A stretch of DNA of 64,000 bases from assembly GCA_963749445.1 (NCBI GenBank), contig CAVVMJ010000004.1:93015-157014 (forward strand), written 5' to 3'. Shown here in pieces: positions 1 to 8,219 of the stretch (the first letter of the stretch is position 1; each line of letters starts with the position of its first letter). Source of the stretch: an uncultured bacterium (GTDB lineage Bacteria > Patescibacteriota > Doudnabacteria > UBA920). The notes beneath the pieces were generated by a model that was given only the letters and a program-made list of their open reading frames with translations, made no database searches and was not told the origin of the DNA. The translations under genes and the position numbers were made by a program.

Positions 1-87
1 ATATTTTGTAGTCGCCTCATCAAAACCACAACTTACCGTGCAGCGATTTGTATATTTGTTTAGATTTGTATATTTGCGAACACTATC

Positions 88-1147
88 ATGAAAAACAAAA
101 TTTTTATTTTATTTATCGGCGTGTCCTTGTTGTCCGCCGGATGCAGCCTGTTTGGCGGCGGGCCGGTGGCCACGGGCGTGGCCAAAAGCGTTAACGGCGG
201 AACGGATTGGCAATTTAGCAATACTGTTAAAGCCCCGACTGCCGGGAGTTTGAGCCAGTCCAACATCGCCAAATTGGCGTTTGATCCGCAGAACCGCCAG
301 ATAGTTTACGCTGGAAGTGTAACCGACGGCTTATACAAGTCCGACGATTCCGGTGCCAGCTGGAGCCGGATTTTGTCCAAAATTTCCGTTTACGATTTTA
401 TGGTTAGTCCCGCCGACAGCAAGACCATTTATCGTGGCCGGGATTTTTAACGGCCAGGGCAAGGTTTTAAAAACCGCGGACGGCGGCGCCAGCTGGCAGG
501 AAATTTACAACCAGACGGGCTCGGAAAACGCGGTGAGAGCCATTGATTTGAACCCCGCGGCCGTGACGCAGATGATAATCGGCACAACTTCCGGCGACCT
601 CATTAAGAGTTCCGACGGCGGCCTGAGCTGGCAGCTCGCAAACAGTTTTAACGACCAAATTAACGGCGTGTTCTGGCGCAGCGGCGGCGTGTACGTGCTT
701 TTGCAAAATAAGGGTTTTTACCGCGGTTCAAGCGCGGCGGACAACTTTCAGGCCATTACCACGTCTTTAACCGGAAGCGCCGGGCAGTATAATTTGTATA
801 ACGCCGTGGCTTATGTTTTTAACCAAGCTTATGTTGATCCCGTATCGTCCAGCCTGCTTTACGTTACCACGAGCCATGGCTTGAATAAAAGCACGGACGG
901 CGGCGTAACCTGGGCCGCTGTGGCTTTGCCGACCCAGGCCAGCAACATGAGCCCGCAACCAATAACCGTTGCCCAGACCAGTAGCAATATCGTTTTTACC
1001 AGCATAGGCCCGGTAATTTACAAATCCACCAACGCAGGCAGCACCTGGCAGACCCAGACCATTGCCACCAACGGCTACATCAATTATATTTTAATAGATC
1101 CGGTTTTGCCGCAAATAGATTACGCCGGCGTGTATGTGGCGCAATAA
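88..1147 (+). CDS. BNR/Asp-box (Ycf48-like) repeat lipoprotein, apparently frameshifted near 430-436 (ORFs 88..450 and 353..1147 belong together)
   Basis: Lipoprotein signal MKNKIFILFIGVSLLSAGC; repeated S-x-D-G-G-x-(S/T)-W Asp-box motifs (GGTDWQ, DSGASWS, DGGASWQ, DGGLSWQ, DGGVTWA, AGSTWQ) continue across the frame break; removing one base near 'atttatCgtggcc' restores KTIYVAGIFNGQG. Confidence 0.6.
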
Positions 1148-1240
1148 TTTTGAAATTAACAAATTAAATAAAATTAAGTAAAATTGATCCGAACAATTTT
1201 ATTTAATTTTAAAATTTTAATTAATTTTATTTAATATACA

Positions 1241-1798
1241 ATGATTGACCAAATCATCAGCAAACATCAGGAAGAATTTAACAAAGTTATGGACCATTTT
1301 GGCCATGAACTTAACAGCGTGCGCACGGGCCGCGCCAATCCGGCGCTACTCTCCACTGTTATGGTTGAAAGCTATGGCAGCAGGATGCCCATTGAGCATC
1401 TGGCTTCGGTTTCCGTAACCGATGCCAAAACTTTAACCATCAGCCCGTGGGACAAATCCCAGCTCGGCGCCATAGATAAGGCCATTCAAATGGCGAATTT
1501 GGGCTTTAACCCTTCCAACGACGGCAACGTCATCCGCATCACTCTTCCGGCCATGTCCGAGGAGCGCCGCAAAGAAATGGTTAAAATGATCGGGCAAATG
1601 GGCGAGCAGGCGCGCATCGGCGTGCGCAACGTGCGCGAAACCATCATGAAAGAATTTAAAAAAGCCGAAAGCGACGGTAAAATTAGTAAAGACGATTTAA
1701 CCCACGGCCAGAAGAAACTGCAGGAATCGATTGATAAATTAAACGAAGAGATTAAGAAACTATCCGAAGTCAAAGAAAAAGAAGTGATGACGGTATAA
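1241..1798 (+). CDS. frr: ribosome recycling factor
   Basis: 185 aa; full-length RRF-like sequence (..VRTGRANPALL..VESYGS..PWDKS..RITLPAMSEERRKEMVK..). Confidence 0.93.
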   Translation: MIDQIISKHQEEFNKVMDHFGHELNSVRTGRANPALLSTVMVESYGSRMPIEHLASVSVTDAKTLTISPWDKSQLGAIDKAIQMANLGFNPSNDGNVIRITLPAMSEERRKEMVKMIGQMGEQARIGVRNVRETIMKEFKKAESDGKISKDDLTHGQKKLQESIDKLNEEIKKLSEVKEKEVMTV

Positions 1799-1907
1799 TT
1801 AGCGAATAGTGATTAGGGAATAGAGAATAGGATAAAACAGATTTACCATGCTGGAATTTTTCGGCCGATGATTATCACGAGCTTGAAAATATCCGGGATC
1901 CAGATAT

Positions 1908-3173
1908 ATGCTTGCCACGATACTTATTTTTATAATAATCCTTGGCGTTCTCATATTCGTCCACGAATTTGGGCATTTTGTGGTGGCCAAAAAAAGCGGG
2001 ATGAAGGTGGATGAGTTTGGGTTTGGGTTCCCGCCCAGGATGTTTGGGATTTATCAGGTTGACGGAAAATGGCGGTGGGTGTGGGGGCATAAAAATCCAT
2101 CGGCGACTCCAACCACCCCGTCCCGACTACGTCGGGACACCCCTCCTCAGCAAGGAGGGGAAGCTCCGCGGTTATCCCAGCAAAACTTCGGAGACTCTTC
2201 CCCTGATAAGGGGGAGTACCTCGCGAAGCGAGGGGAGGGGGTTGGAGATGAAACGGTTTACTCCATCAACTGGATTCCGCTAGGCGGGTTTGTGAAAATC
2301 CGCGGCGAGAATAATGAAAACGAGGATGACCCGCGTTCTTTTATCAACCGGCCGTTTTGGCCGCGGCTGGCTACTTTAGTGGCCGGCGTGTTTATGAATT
2401 TTGTGCTGGCTTGGGTGTTGATGTCAATCGGCGCGGGGATTGGCCTGCCCGCGGCCATCAGCAGTCCCAATGATTTGCCGGCCCACGCGCGTTTGGTTAA
2501 TCCCCAAATCGCCATCTTGGAGGTAATGCCCAATGCTCCGGCGGCCAAAGCCGGGCTAATGTCCGGCGATGTTATTTTGGATATAAATCACCAGCCTTTT
2601 GCCAGCGGCGAGGACATGAGTAATTATGTAAAAACGCACGCCGGCCAGAGTTTTTTATTTGACGTGGACCGCGACGGACAAAAATTATCCGTCAGCGTCC
2701 AGTCAATCGCCAATCCCGGCCCCAACCAGGGTCCAACCGGAATACAGTTAGCCAGCGTGGGCAAGCTGGTGTTCCCTTGGTATTTGGCGCCGTGGGAAGG
2801 GTTAAAGGTTTTGTATATTCAAACTTCCAGTTTCCTTTCGGGTTTGGGCCAGTTGATTACCGGTAAAGTGAGCGTTAGCAATTTAGGCGGCCCGGTAAAA
2901 ATCGCGCAAATAACCGGCCAGGTCCGGGCCATGGGTTTTGATTACCTGCTCCAGTTTGCCGCGTTTTTAAGCATTAATTTAGCGATTTTGAACATCCTGC
3001 CATTCCCGGCGCTAGACGGCGGCCGCGTGCTGTTTTTGATAATTGAAAAAGTCCGCCGCAAGCGCAATAATCAGGTCGTTGAACAATGGGTCAACACCAT
3101 CGGCTTCGCGCTTTTGATTTTGCTGATGGTCTTTGTTACGGCGCATGATGTTTTCAATATTTTTCACAAGTAA
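1908..3173 (+). CDS. rseP: RseP-like site-2 protease (M50 zinc metalloprotease with PDZ) carrying an in-frame palindromic repeat insertion
   Basis: HEFGHFVVAKK HExxH motif at N-term TM helix, PDZ-like segment (ILEVMPNAPAAKAGLMSGDVILDIN), C-terminal LDGG motif; residues ~TPTTPSRLRRDTPPQQGGEAPRL..SPDKGEYLAKRGEGVGD encoded by repeat element at 2109..2245. Confidence 0.85.
   Translation: MLATILIFIIILGVLIFVHEFGHFVVAKKSGMKVDEFGFGFPPRMFGIYQVDGKWRWVWGHKNPSATPTTPSRLRRDTPPQQGGEAPRLSQQNFGDSSPDKGEYLAKRGEGVGDETVYSINWIPLGGFVKIRGENNENEDDPRSFINRPFWPRLATLVAGVFMNFVLAWVLMSIGAGIGLPAAISSPNDLPAHARLVNPQIAILEVMPNAPAAKAGLMSGDVILDINHQPFASGEDMSNYVKTHAGQSFLFDVDRDGQKLSVSVQSIANPGPNQGPTGIQLASVGKLVFPWYLAPWEGLKVLYIQTSSFLSGLGQLITGKVSVSNLGGPVKIAQITGQVRAMGFDYLLQFAAFLSINLAILNILPFPALDGGRVLFLIIEKVRRKRNNQVVEQWVNTIGFALLILLMVFVTAHDVFNIFHK
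2109..2245 (+). repeat. RPE-like modular palindromic element, in-frame copy inside rseP
   Basis: ccaaccaccccgtc..gtcgggacacccctcctcagcaaggaggggaagctccgcg..ctcttcccctgataagggggagtacctcgcgaagcgaggggagggggttgg; nested hairpins and terminal inverted repeat ccaaccaccc/gggggttgg; highly similar to 28275..28407. Confidence 0.85.
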
Positions 3174-3185
3174 ACAGTAAGTGTT

Positions 3186-3802
3186 CCATCCCGACCGACG
3201 AGTGCAGCCGACCCGTTCGGCAATACTCAGGGTCGCCCTGAGCGAAGTCGAATGGGCGAGGAGTGGAGGGATCTGTTAAAATATATGCACTACTATGTAT
3301 ATATTATGTCCAGCTTAAGCGGAGTCTTATATATCGGATTTACTTCGGATTTAAGGAAAAGGGTATTTGAACATAAGAATGATATCGTTGAAGGATTTAC
3401 CAAGAAGTATAGGTGCCACAAACTAGTGTATTACGAGGCTGGTGAAAGTTTTGAAGGAGTGCTGGAACGTGAAAAGCAATTAAAGAAGTGGAGACGTGAT
3501 AAAAAAATTTGGCTGATCGAGAAAATTAATCCCACTTGGAAAGATTTAACCCCTGAGCTGGGAGTATAAAAATAATAAATAACAGATCCCTCCACTCCCC
3601 CTCGACTCGTTCCGATAAAGTCCGGATCTCACTCGGGGTCGGTCGGGATGGAAAGCCCCGTATTCCATTCCGAGCGAGCGGCAACAATAAGCAAATCGCG
3701 AGCCGAGGAATCTGTCAGACAAGATTACTTTATCAATTAAATTAATAGATCCCTCCACTCCGGCTGGCTTGGTATTGCGATGACAGCCGTCGGTCGGAAT
3801 GG
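3186..3802 (+). mobile_element. GIY-YIG nuclease cassette bounded by nested inverted repeats
   Basis: Perfect 18-bp IR GGAGTGGAGGGATCTGTT (3260-3277) / AACAGATCCCTCCACTCC (3581-3598) flank the ORF; outer IR ccatcccgaccgac (3186-3200) / gtcggtcgggatgg (3638-3651); extra partial copies at 3746-3761 and 3788-3802. Confidence 0.6.
3285..3569 (+). CDS. small GIY-YIG family nuclease (ORF track start 3252; likely start MHYYVYIM at 3285)
   Basis: YYVYIMSSLSGVLYIGFTSDLRKRVFEHKN...KLVYYE...REKQLKKW = GIY-YIG motif block. Confidence 0.75.
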   Translation: MHYYVYIMSSLSGVLYIGFTSDLRKRVFEHKNDIVEGFTKKYRCHKLVYYEAGESFEGVLEREKQLKKWRRDKKIWLIEKINPTWKDLTPELGV

Positions 3803-5061
3803 AGAAAATGATTATGAAACAATCACAATATTTCCTTAAAACATCAAAAACAACTCCAGCGGATGATCTTTCCATCAATGCCAAACTGCTGGAACAGGGC
3901 GGGTTTGTGCATAAGGAAATGGCCGGGGTGTACAGTTTTTTGCCTTTGGGCTGGCGGGTTTTATCCAAGATAGAAAACATCGTGCGCGAGGAAATGGATA
4001 AAATCGGCGGGCAGGAAATGCTGATGTCAGCGCTGCATCCCAAGGAAAACTGGGTTAAAACCGGAAGGTGGACCGCGCTGGACGTGTTGTTTAAGTTAAA
4101 ATCCCAGCATGGCAACGAATACGCGCTCGGCCCAACTCATGAGGAAATTGTTACGCCCGTGGCTTTACCCATTATCAGCTCCTATAAAGATTTGCCCCTT
4201 GCTGTTTATCACATCCAAACCAAATTCCGCGACGAGCCGCGCGCCAAGAGCGGACTTTTGCGCGGCCGCGAATTCCGGATGAAAGATTTGTACAGCTTCC
4301 ACGCCTCGGAGGAGGATTTGAATCAGTATTACGATAAAATCACGATCCCGGCTTACCAAAAAATTTACCAACGTCTCGGGCTGGACGCGCTGCTCACCGA
4401 AGCTTCGGGCGGTACGTTTTCCAAATTTTCCCACGAGTTCCAGGTGGAAACACAAAACGGCGAAGACACCATTTACATTTGCCAAAAATGCCGCTTGGCC
4501 AAAAACAAGGAAGTTTATCAGGAAGGCATTGAGTGCACCAACTGCGGGCCCACGACCTGGAAAGAAGCCATGGCTTCGGAAGTTGGCAACATCTTTAAAC
4601 TGCAACAGAAATATTCCTCGGCGTTTAACCTAAAATTCACCAATGCCGAAGGCAAGCAGGAATTGGTTTTGATGGGCTGTTACGGTTTGGGCACCACGCG
4701 CGTAATGGGCGTGATTGTGGAAAAATTCCACGATGATAAGGGCATTATTTGGCCGAAGGCGGTGACGCCGTTTCAGGTTCATTTATTAGATATCGCCCGT
4801 AGCGGGCGGATAGTATCCGCCCCTACGGAAGCGGATAAGATTTATCGGCAATTGCTTGATGCCGGGGTTGAAGTCCTGTATGATGACAGGGACCAGAGCG
4901 CCGGAGCAAAGTTTGCGGACTCGGATTTAATCGGCATTCCCACACGGATTGTCGTCAGCCCAAAAACTTTGGCCCAGCAATCGGTGGAACTAAAAAAGCG
5001 GTCATCCGATGAACATCAGTTAATCAAAATTTCCGGATTGCCGGCCGAATTATCCAAATAG
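3799..5061 (+). CDS. proS: prolyl-tRNA synthetase, short bacterial-type form lacking the INS editing domain, with a Cys4 insert
   Basis: N-term QSQYFLKTSKTTPADDLSINAKLLEQGGFV, class II motifs, C-terminal anticodon-binding domain; CQKCRLAK..CTNCGP insert where the editing domain normally sits. Confidence 0.88.
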   Translation: MEKMIMKQSQYFLKTSKTTPADDLSINAKLLEQGGFVHKEMAGVYSFLPLGWRVLSKIENIVREEMDKIGGQEMLMSALHPKENWVKTGRWTALDVLFKLKSQHGNEYALGPTHEEIVTPVALPIISSYKDLPLAVYHIQTKFRDEPRAKSGLLRGREFRMKDLYSFHASEEDLNQYYDKITIPAYQKIYQRLGLDALLTEASGGTFSKFSHEFQVETQNGEDTIYICQKCRLAKNKEVYQEGIECTNCGPTTWKEAMASEVGNIFKLQQKYSSAFNLKFTNAEGKQELVLMGCYGLGTTRVMGVIVEKFHDDKGIIWPKAVTPFQVHLLDIARSGRIVSAPTEADKIYRQLLDAGVEVLYDDRDQSAGAKFADSDLIGIPTRIVVSPKTLAQQSVELKKRSSDEHQLIKISGLPAELSK

Positions 5062-5135
5062 CGTAAAATAAAAATCAAAATTTAAAATTCCAAATCCGGC
5101 ATCAAACCATTGGGATTTTATTTTGTGATTTATAT

Positions 5136-5300
5136 AAGTGTCATCCCGGAATTTTCAGTTTCGGTATAATCAAGCCTGAAAATATCCGGGATCCAGTATC
5201 GGGACTTGACACGATAATTTCTTGTTCTGGATACCGGATATTTTTGACTTACTGATGTTATCCCCAAAGTCAAAAATTCCGGTATGACAAGAGAAAAGGC
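5136..5300. repeat. two tandem copies of the CCGGAATTTTT...AAAAATATCCGGGATCCAG hairpin-repeat family
   Basis: gtgtcatcccggaattttcag..ctgaaaatatccgggatccag and ccggatatttttgac..gtcaaaaattccggtatgacaag; related copies at 1846-1900, 15466-15532, 29286-29360, 50648-50815. Confidence 0.7.
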
Positions 5301-5330
5301 GCATGGACAGTCTGTAACGACAAAATAAAT

Positions 5331-6383
5331 ATGTTCAGAAAATTTTATCAGCGGTTTTCCAAAGACATTGCCATAGATCTCGGCACGGCCAATACCCTGG
5401 TTTACGTCAAGGGCAAGGGGATTGTGATTAACGAGCCGAGCGTGGTGGCGGTGAACCAGCGCACTAAACAAATTTTGGCTATCGGCTCGGAGGCGCGCAA
5501 AATGGTTGGGCGTACGCCGCCGCACATTGTAGCCACCCGGCCGCTGGTGGACGGCGTCATCAGCGATTTTGAAGTTACGGAAAGCATGCTGCGCTATTTT
5601 ATAGACAAAGTCCACGCGCAGACTTACACTTTTTTGCGGCGGCCGCGCGTGGTCATTGGCATCCCGAGCGGCGTGACCGAGGTGGAAAAGCGCGCCGTGG
5701 TGGACGCGGCCTTAAACGCCGGCGCCAGCGAGGCTTATTTGATAGAAGAGCCCATGGCCGCGGCCATCGGCGCCAGGCTGCCGGTGCAGGAAGCCATGGG
5801 CTGCATGATTGTGGACATCGGCGGCGGCACGGCGGAAATCGCGGTGATTTCCCTGGGCGGCATTGTGGTGTCCAAATCTTTGCGCATCGCCGGCGACGAA
5901 ATGGATCAGAACATCGTCCAGTACGCGCGGGAAAATTTTAACCTGCTTTTGGGCGAGCGCACAGCCGAACAGGTCAAAATCAACATCGGCAGCGCTTACG
6001 AGTTGAGCGAGCCGCTGTATACGCAAATGCGCGGCAGGGATCTGGTGTCCGGCTTGCCCAAGGAAGTGACCATTTCCGACACCCAGGTGCGGGAAGCCAT
6101 CATGCCCAGTCTGCGCACCATTGTCAATAACATCAAAAATGTCATAGAAGAAATTCCGCCCGAACTGATTTCGGACATTTTGGATAAAGGAATAATTTTG
6201 GCCGGCGGCGGCGCGTTGCTGAAGGGTTTGGACAAACTGGTGGGCGAAACCACCAAGATGCCGATTGTGGTGGCCGAAGATCCGCTGACCTGCGTGGTGC
6301 GCGGCGCGGGCATTGTGGTGGAAGATTTGGAAATCCTGCGGGACGTGCTGCTGCCGACGGATCTTGGGAAGATACTCAGGTAA
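5331..6383 (+). CDS. mreB: rod-shape determining protein MreB
   Basis: IAIDLGTANTLVYVKGKGIVINEPSVVAV...; actin-fold motifs; followed by mreC/mreD/mrdA. Confidence 0.95.
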   Translation: MFRKFYQRFSKDIAIDLGTANTLVYVKGKGIVINEPSVVAVNQRTKQILAIGSEARKMVGRTPPHIVATRPLVDGVISDFEVTESMLRYFIDKVHAQTYTFLRRPRVVIGIPSGVTEVEKRAVVDAALNAGASEAYLIEEPMAAAIGARLPVQEAMGCMIVDIGGGTAEIAVISLGGIVVSKSLRIAGDEMDQNIVQYARENFNLLLGERTAEQVKINIGSAYELSEPLYTQMRGRDLVSGLPKEVTISDTQVREAIMPSLRTIVNNIKNVIEEIPPELISDILDKGIILAGGGALLKGLDKLVGETTKMPIVVAEDPLTCVVRGAGIVVEDLEILRDVLLPTDLGKILR

Positions 6384-6384
6384 C

Positions 6385-6520
6385 CCAAAATGGTAATAAG
6401 TTGTAGGTTTTGGCAACCGGTACGGTTATAAATAAGTAGGGAGTAAGGCTCTGCCTAACTACAATTGACCTACAACCATACTGGCCGCCACACCTTACAA
6501 CTTATTACTATCAATCAACA
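6385..6520. repeat. large hairpin repeat, GGCGGCCAGTAC family (copy a)
   Basis: long imperfect inverted repeat around ...tactggccgccacacc...; related copies at 8010-8218, 16540-16655, 31222-31345, 36487-36605, each immediately downstream of a gene. Confidence 0.65.
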
Positions 6521-7320
6521 TGAGATTCATATACACCAAAACTTTTTTAGCCTTTGCCGCCTGTCTGGTGTTGGTGGCATTTTTGGTTTTTTTGCAGGCC
6601 AAAGGCTGGCTTTATCCCATAAGCGAGGCATTTTTGCAGGCGCCCCGGCCGGTTTACGCCATAACCCGCGGTATAGCCCGTCCGGTAAAAGGTTTTTTTG
6701 CCTCTATTTATTCCTTGCGCCAAATTGCCAAAGACAATTCGCAGCTGAAGCAGCAGGTGATGGCGCTGTCCCAGCAGGTGGCCGATTACGATCAACAAAA
6801 ACGGGAAAATGAGGCGCTGCGGCAGGAGCTGGGTTTCGTGAGTTCAGCCAAGTTTTCTTTGGTTCCCTGCGCCGTTTTGTCGGCTAACCCCGCCGGCCTG
6901 GCCAATACGCTGGTGCTCGGTTGCGGTTCGAATCAGGGCGTTATGGCCGGCCAGGCGGTGCTGTCGCAAGGGTATTTGGTGGCAAAAATCGTTTACGCCG
7001 ACAGGGGCGGCAGCACGGCGCTGCTCGCCACAGACTCCAAATTTACGGCGGATGCCCAGTTGAGCAAGACCGGCACGGCTGGGCTGGTTACGGGCTCTTA
7101 CGGCTCGGGGCTGCTGCTTGACCGCCTGTCGCAAAGCGATCAGGCTGAGAAAGGCTGGATGGTCGTGACCGCGGGCATCAACAATTTGGTGCCCAAGGGG
7201 ATTTTAATCGGCCAGGTGGACCAAATAGTTTCTTCCGCCAACGATTTGTTTAAAAAAGCCACCGTCTTGACGCCGATTGATTTTAACAATCTGAACTTTG
7301 TTTTCGTAGCAAAACCCTAG
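6520..7320 (+). CDS. mreC: rod-shape determining protein MreC
   Basis: N-terminal TM, coiled coil (LKQQVMALSQQVADYDQQKRENEALRQELGF), beta-rich C-term; operon context. Confidence 0.85.
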   Translation: MRFIYTKTFLAFAACLVLVAFLVFLQAKGWLYPISEAFLQAPRPVYAITRGIARPVKGFFASIYSLRQIAKDNSQLKQQVMALSQQVADYDQQKRENEALRQELGFVSSAKFSLVPCAVLSANPAGLANTLVLGCGSNQGVMAGQAVLSQGYLVAKIVYADRGGSTALLATDSKFTADAQLSKTGTAGLVTGSYGSGLLLDRLSQSDQAEKGWMVVTAGINNLVPKGILIGQVDQIVSSANDLFKKATVLTPIDFNNLNFVFVAKP

Positions 7321-7340
7321 ACCGCTGACCCGTTTGGCAA

Positions 7341-7372
7341 TGCTCAGGGTCACCTTGAGCAAAGCCGAAAGG
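7341..7372. repeat. CTCAGGGTCACCCTGAG palindrome-family copy
   Basis: gctcagggtcaccttgagc; other copies 3220-3250, 37521-37556, 49551-49600; often followed by 'gaatggacgctgaa' and short CAGCGACCAATCAGCG-type direct repeats. Confidence 0.6.
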
Positions 7373-7474
7373 TGAATGGACGCTGAATTTAACACCAACG
7401 CTGATTGGACGCTGAAGCGTCAAGTTCAGCTCAGCGACCAATCAGCGTACCCATCAGCGACCAATCAGCGGTAT

Positions 7475-8008
7475 ATGAAATACTTTGTATACATCTTGCT
7501 ATTAATCGTGCTCTGCGGCCTTCAGGCCGGGCTGGCGCAGGTTGTAAATATCCGCGGCCAAACCCCGCAGCTTTTGTTTTTATTGGTGTTTGTCTGGTCT
7601 TTGGACAAAAACGACCGGGATTATTTGTTTCTGACTTTGGGCGCCGGGCTGTTTTTGGATTTTTATTCCGGCGTCCCGGTGGGCAGCATAACCTTGCCGC
7701 TTTTGGCAATCAGCCTGCTGCTGCATCAACTGGTGGAAAATTTTTTGGCTTTGGAGCTCAGCCCGAAATTGTTGGCGGCTTTGCTGCTGCCGGCCCAGGC
7801 CGTGTTTTATGTACTGTATTTTTTTTGTTTGCGGTGGCTTCCCGGCTCGCGCCTGCCGGTTTTAATTCCCGGGCTGCGGTTTTTGGCCGGTAACTTTGTC
7901 ATCGCGTTCGCCTATAATTTGCTGTTTTTGTATCCCGTATTTTTATTGGTTGAATTTGTGAGGTCATTCATTCATCGCCATTTTGAGCGCGAATACAAAA
8001 TCCAGTAA
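7475..8008 (+). CDS. mreD: rod-shape determining protein MreD (likely start MKYFVYILL; ORF track start 7376 runs through repeats)
   Basis: polytopic hydrophobic protein immediately after mreC, before PBP2. Confidence 0.7.
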   Translation: MKYFVYILLLIVLCGLQAGLAQVVNIRGQTPQLLFLLVFVWSLDKNDRDYLFLTLGAGLFLDFYSGVPVGSITLPLLAISLLLHQLVENFLALELSPKLLAALLLPAQAVFYVLYFFCLRWLPGSRLPVLIPGLRFLAGNFVIAFAYNLLFLYPVFLLVEFVRSFIHRHFEREYKIQ

Positions 8009-8009
8009 A

Positions 8010-8218
8010 TCCTATTAATGGTAGCAAGGTATAGGGTGTGGCGGCCAGTACAGAAATAAGTAGCAAGGTATAAGGTGTGGCGTCCGGTGTGGTTGTAAGG
8101 AATAGGTTTTAGGTAACATATACCTTAAAACCTACTACTGCACCGGGCGCCAAAACTAATACCCTATTACCATTCCCCGTACCGGCCGCCATAACTTATA
8201 CCCTATTACATATTCTTC
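8010..8218. repeat. large hairpin repeat, GGCGGCCAGTAC family (copy b, duplicated arms)
   Basis: ggtgtggcggccagtacag...gtaccggccgccataactta. Confidence 0.65.
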
Positions 8219-8219
8219 A

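Noticed and set aside
5712-6416. 234-aa minus-strand ORF antisense to mreB (and 5996..6388)
   Set aside because: Fully overlaps the strongly supported mreB CDS on the opposite strand; His/Gln/Ala-rich low-complexity translation typical of antisense reading of a GC-biased gene.
7376-7474. N-terminal 33 aa of ORF 7376..8008 (MDAEFNTNADWTLKRQV...)
   Set aside because: Encoded by tandem CAGCGACCAATCAGCG repeats; MreD more plausibly starts at ATG 7475 (MKYFVYILL).
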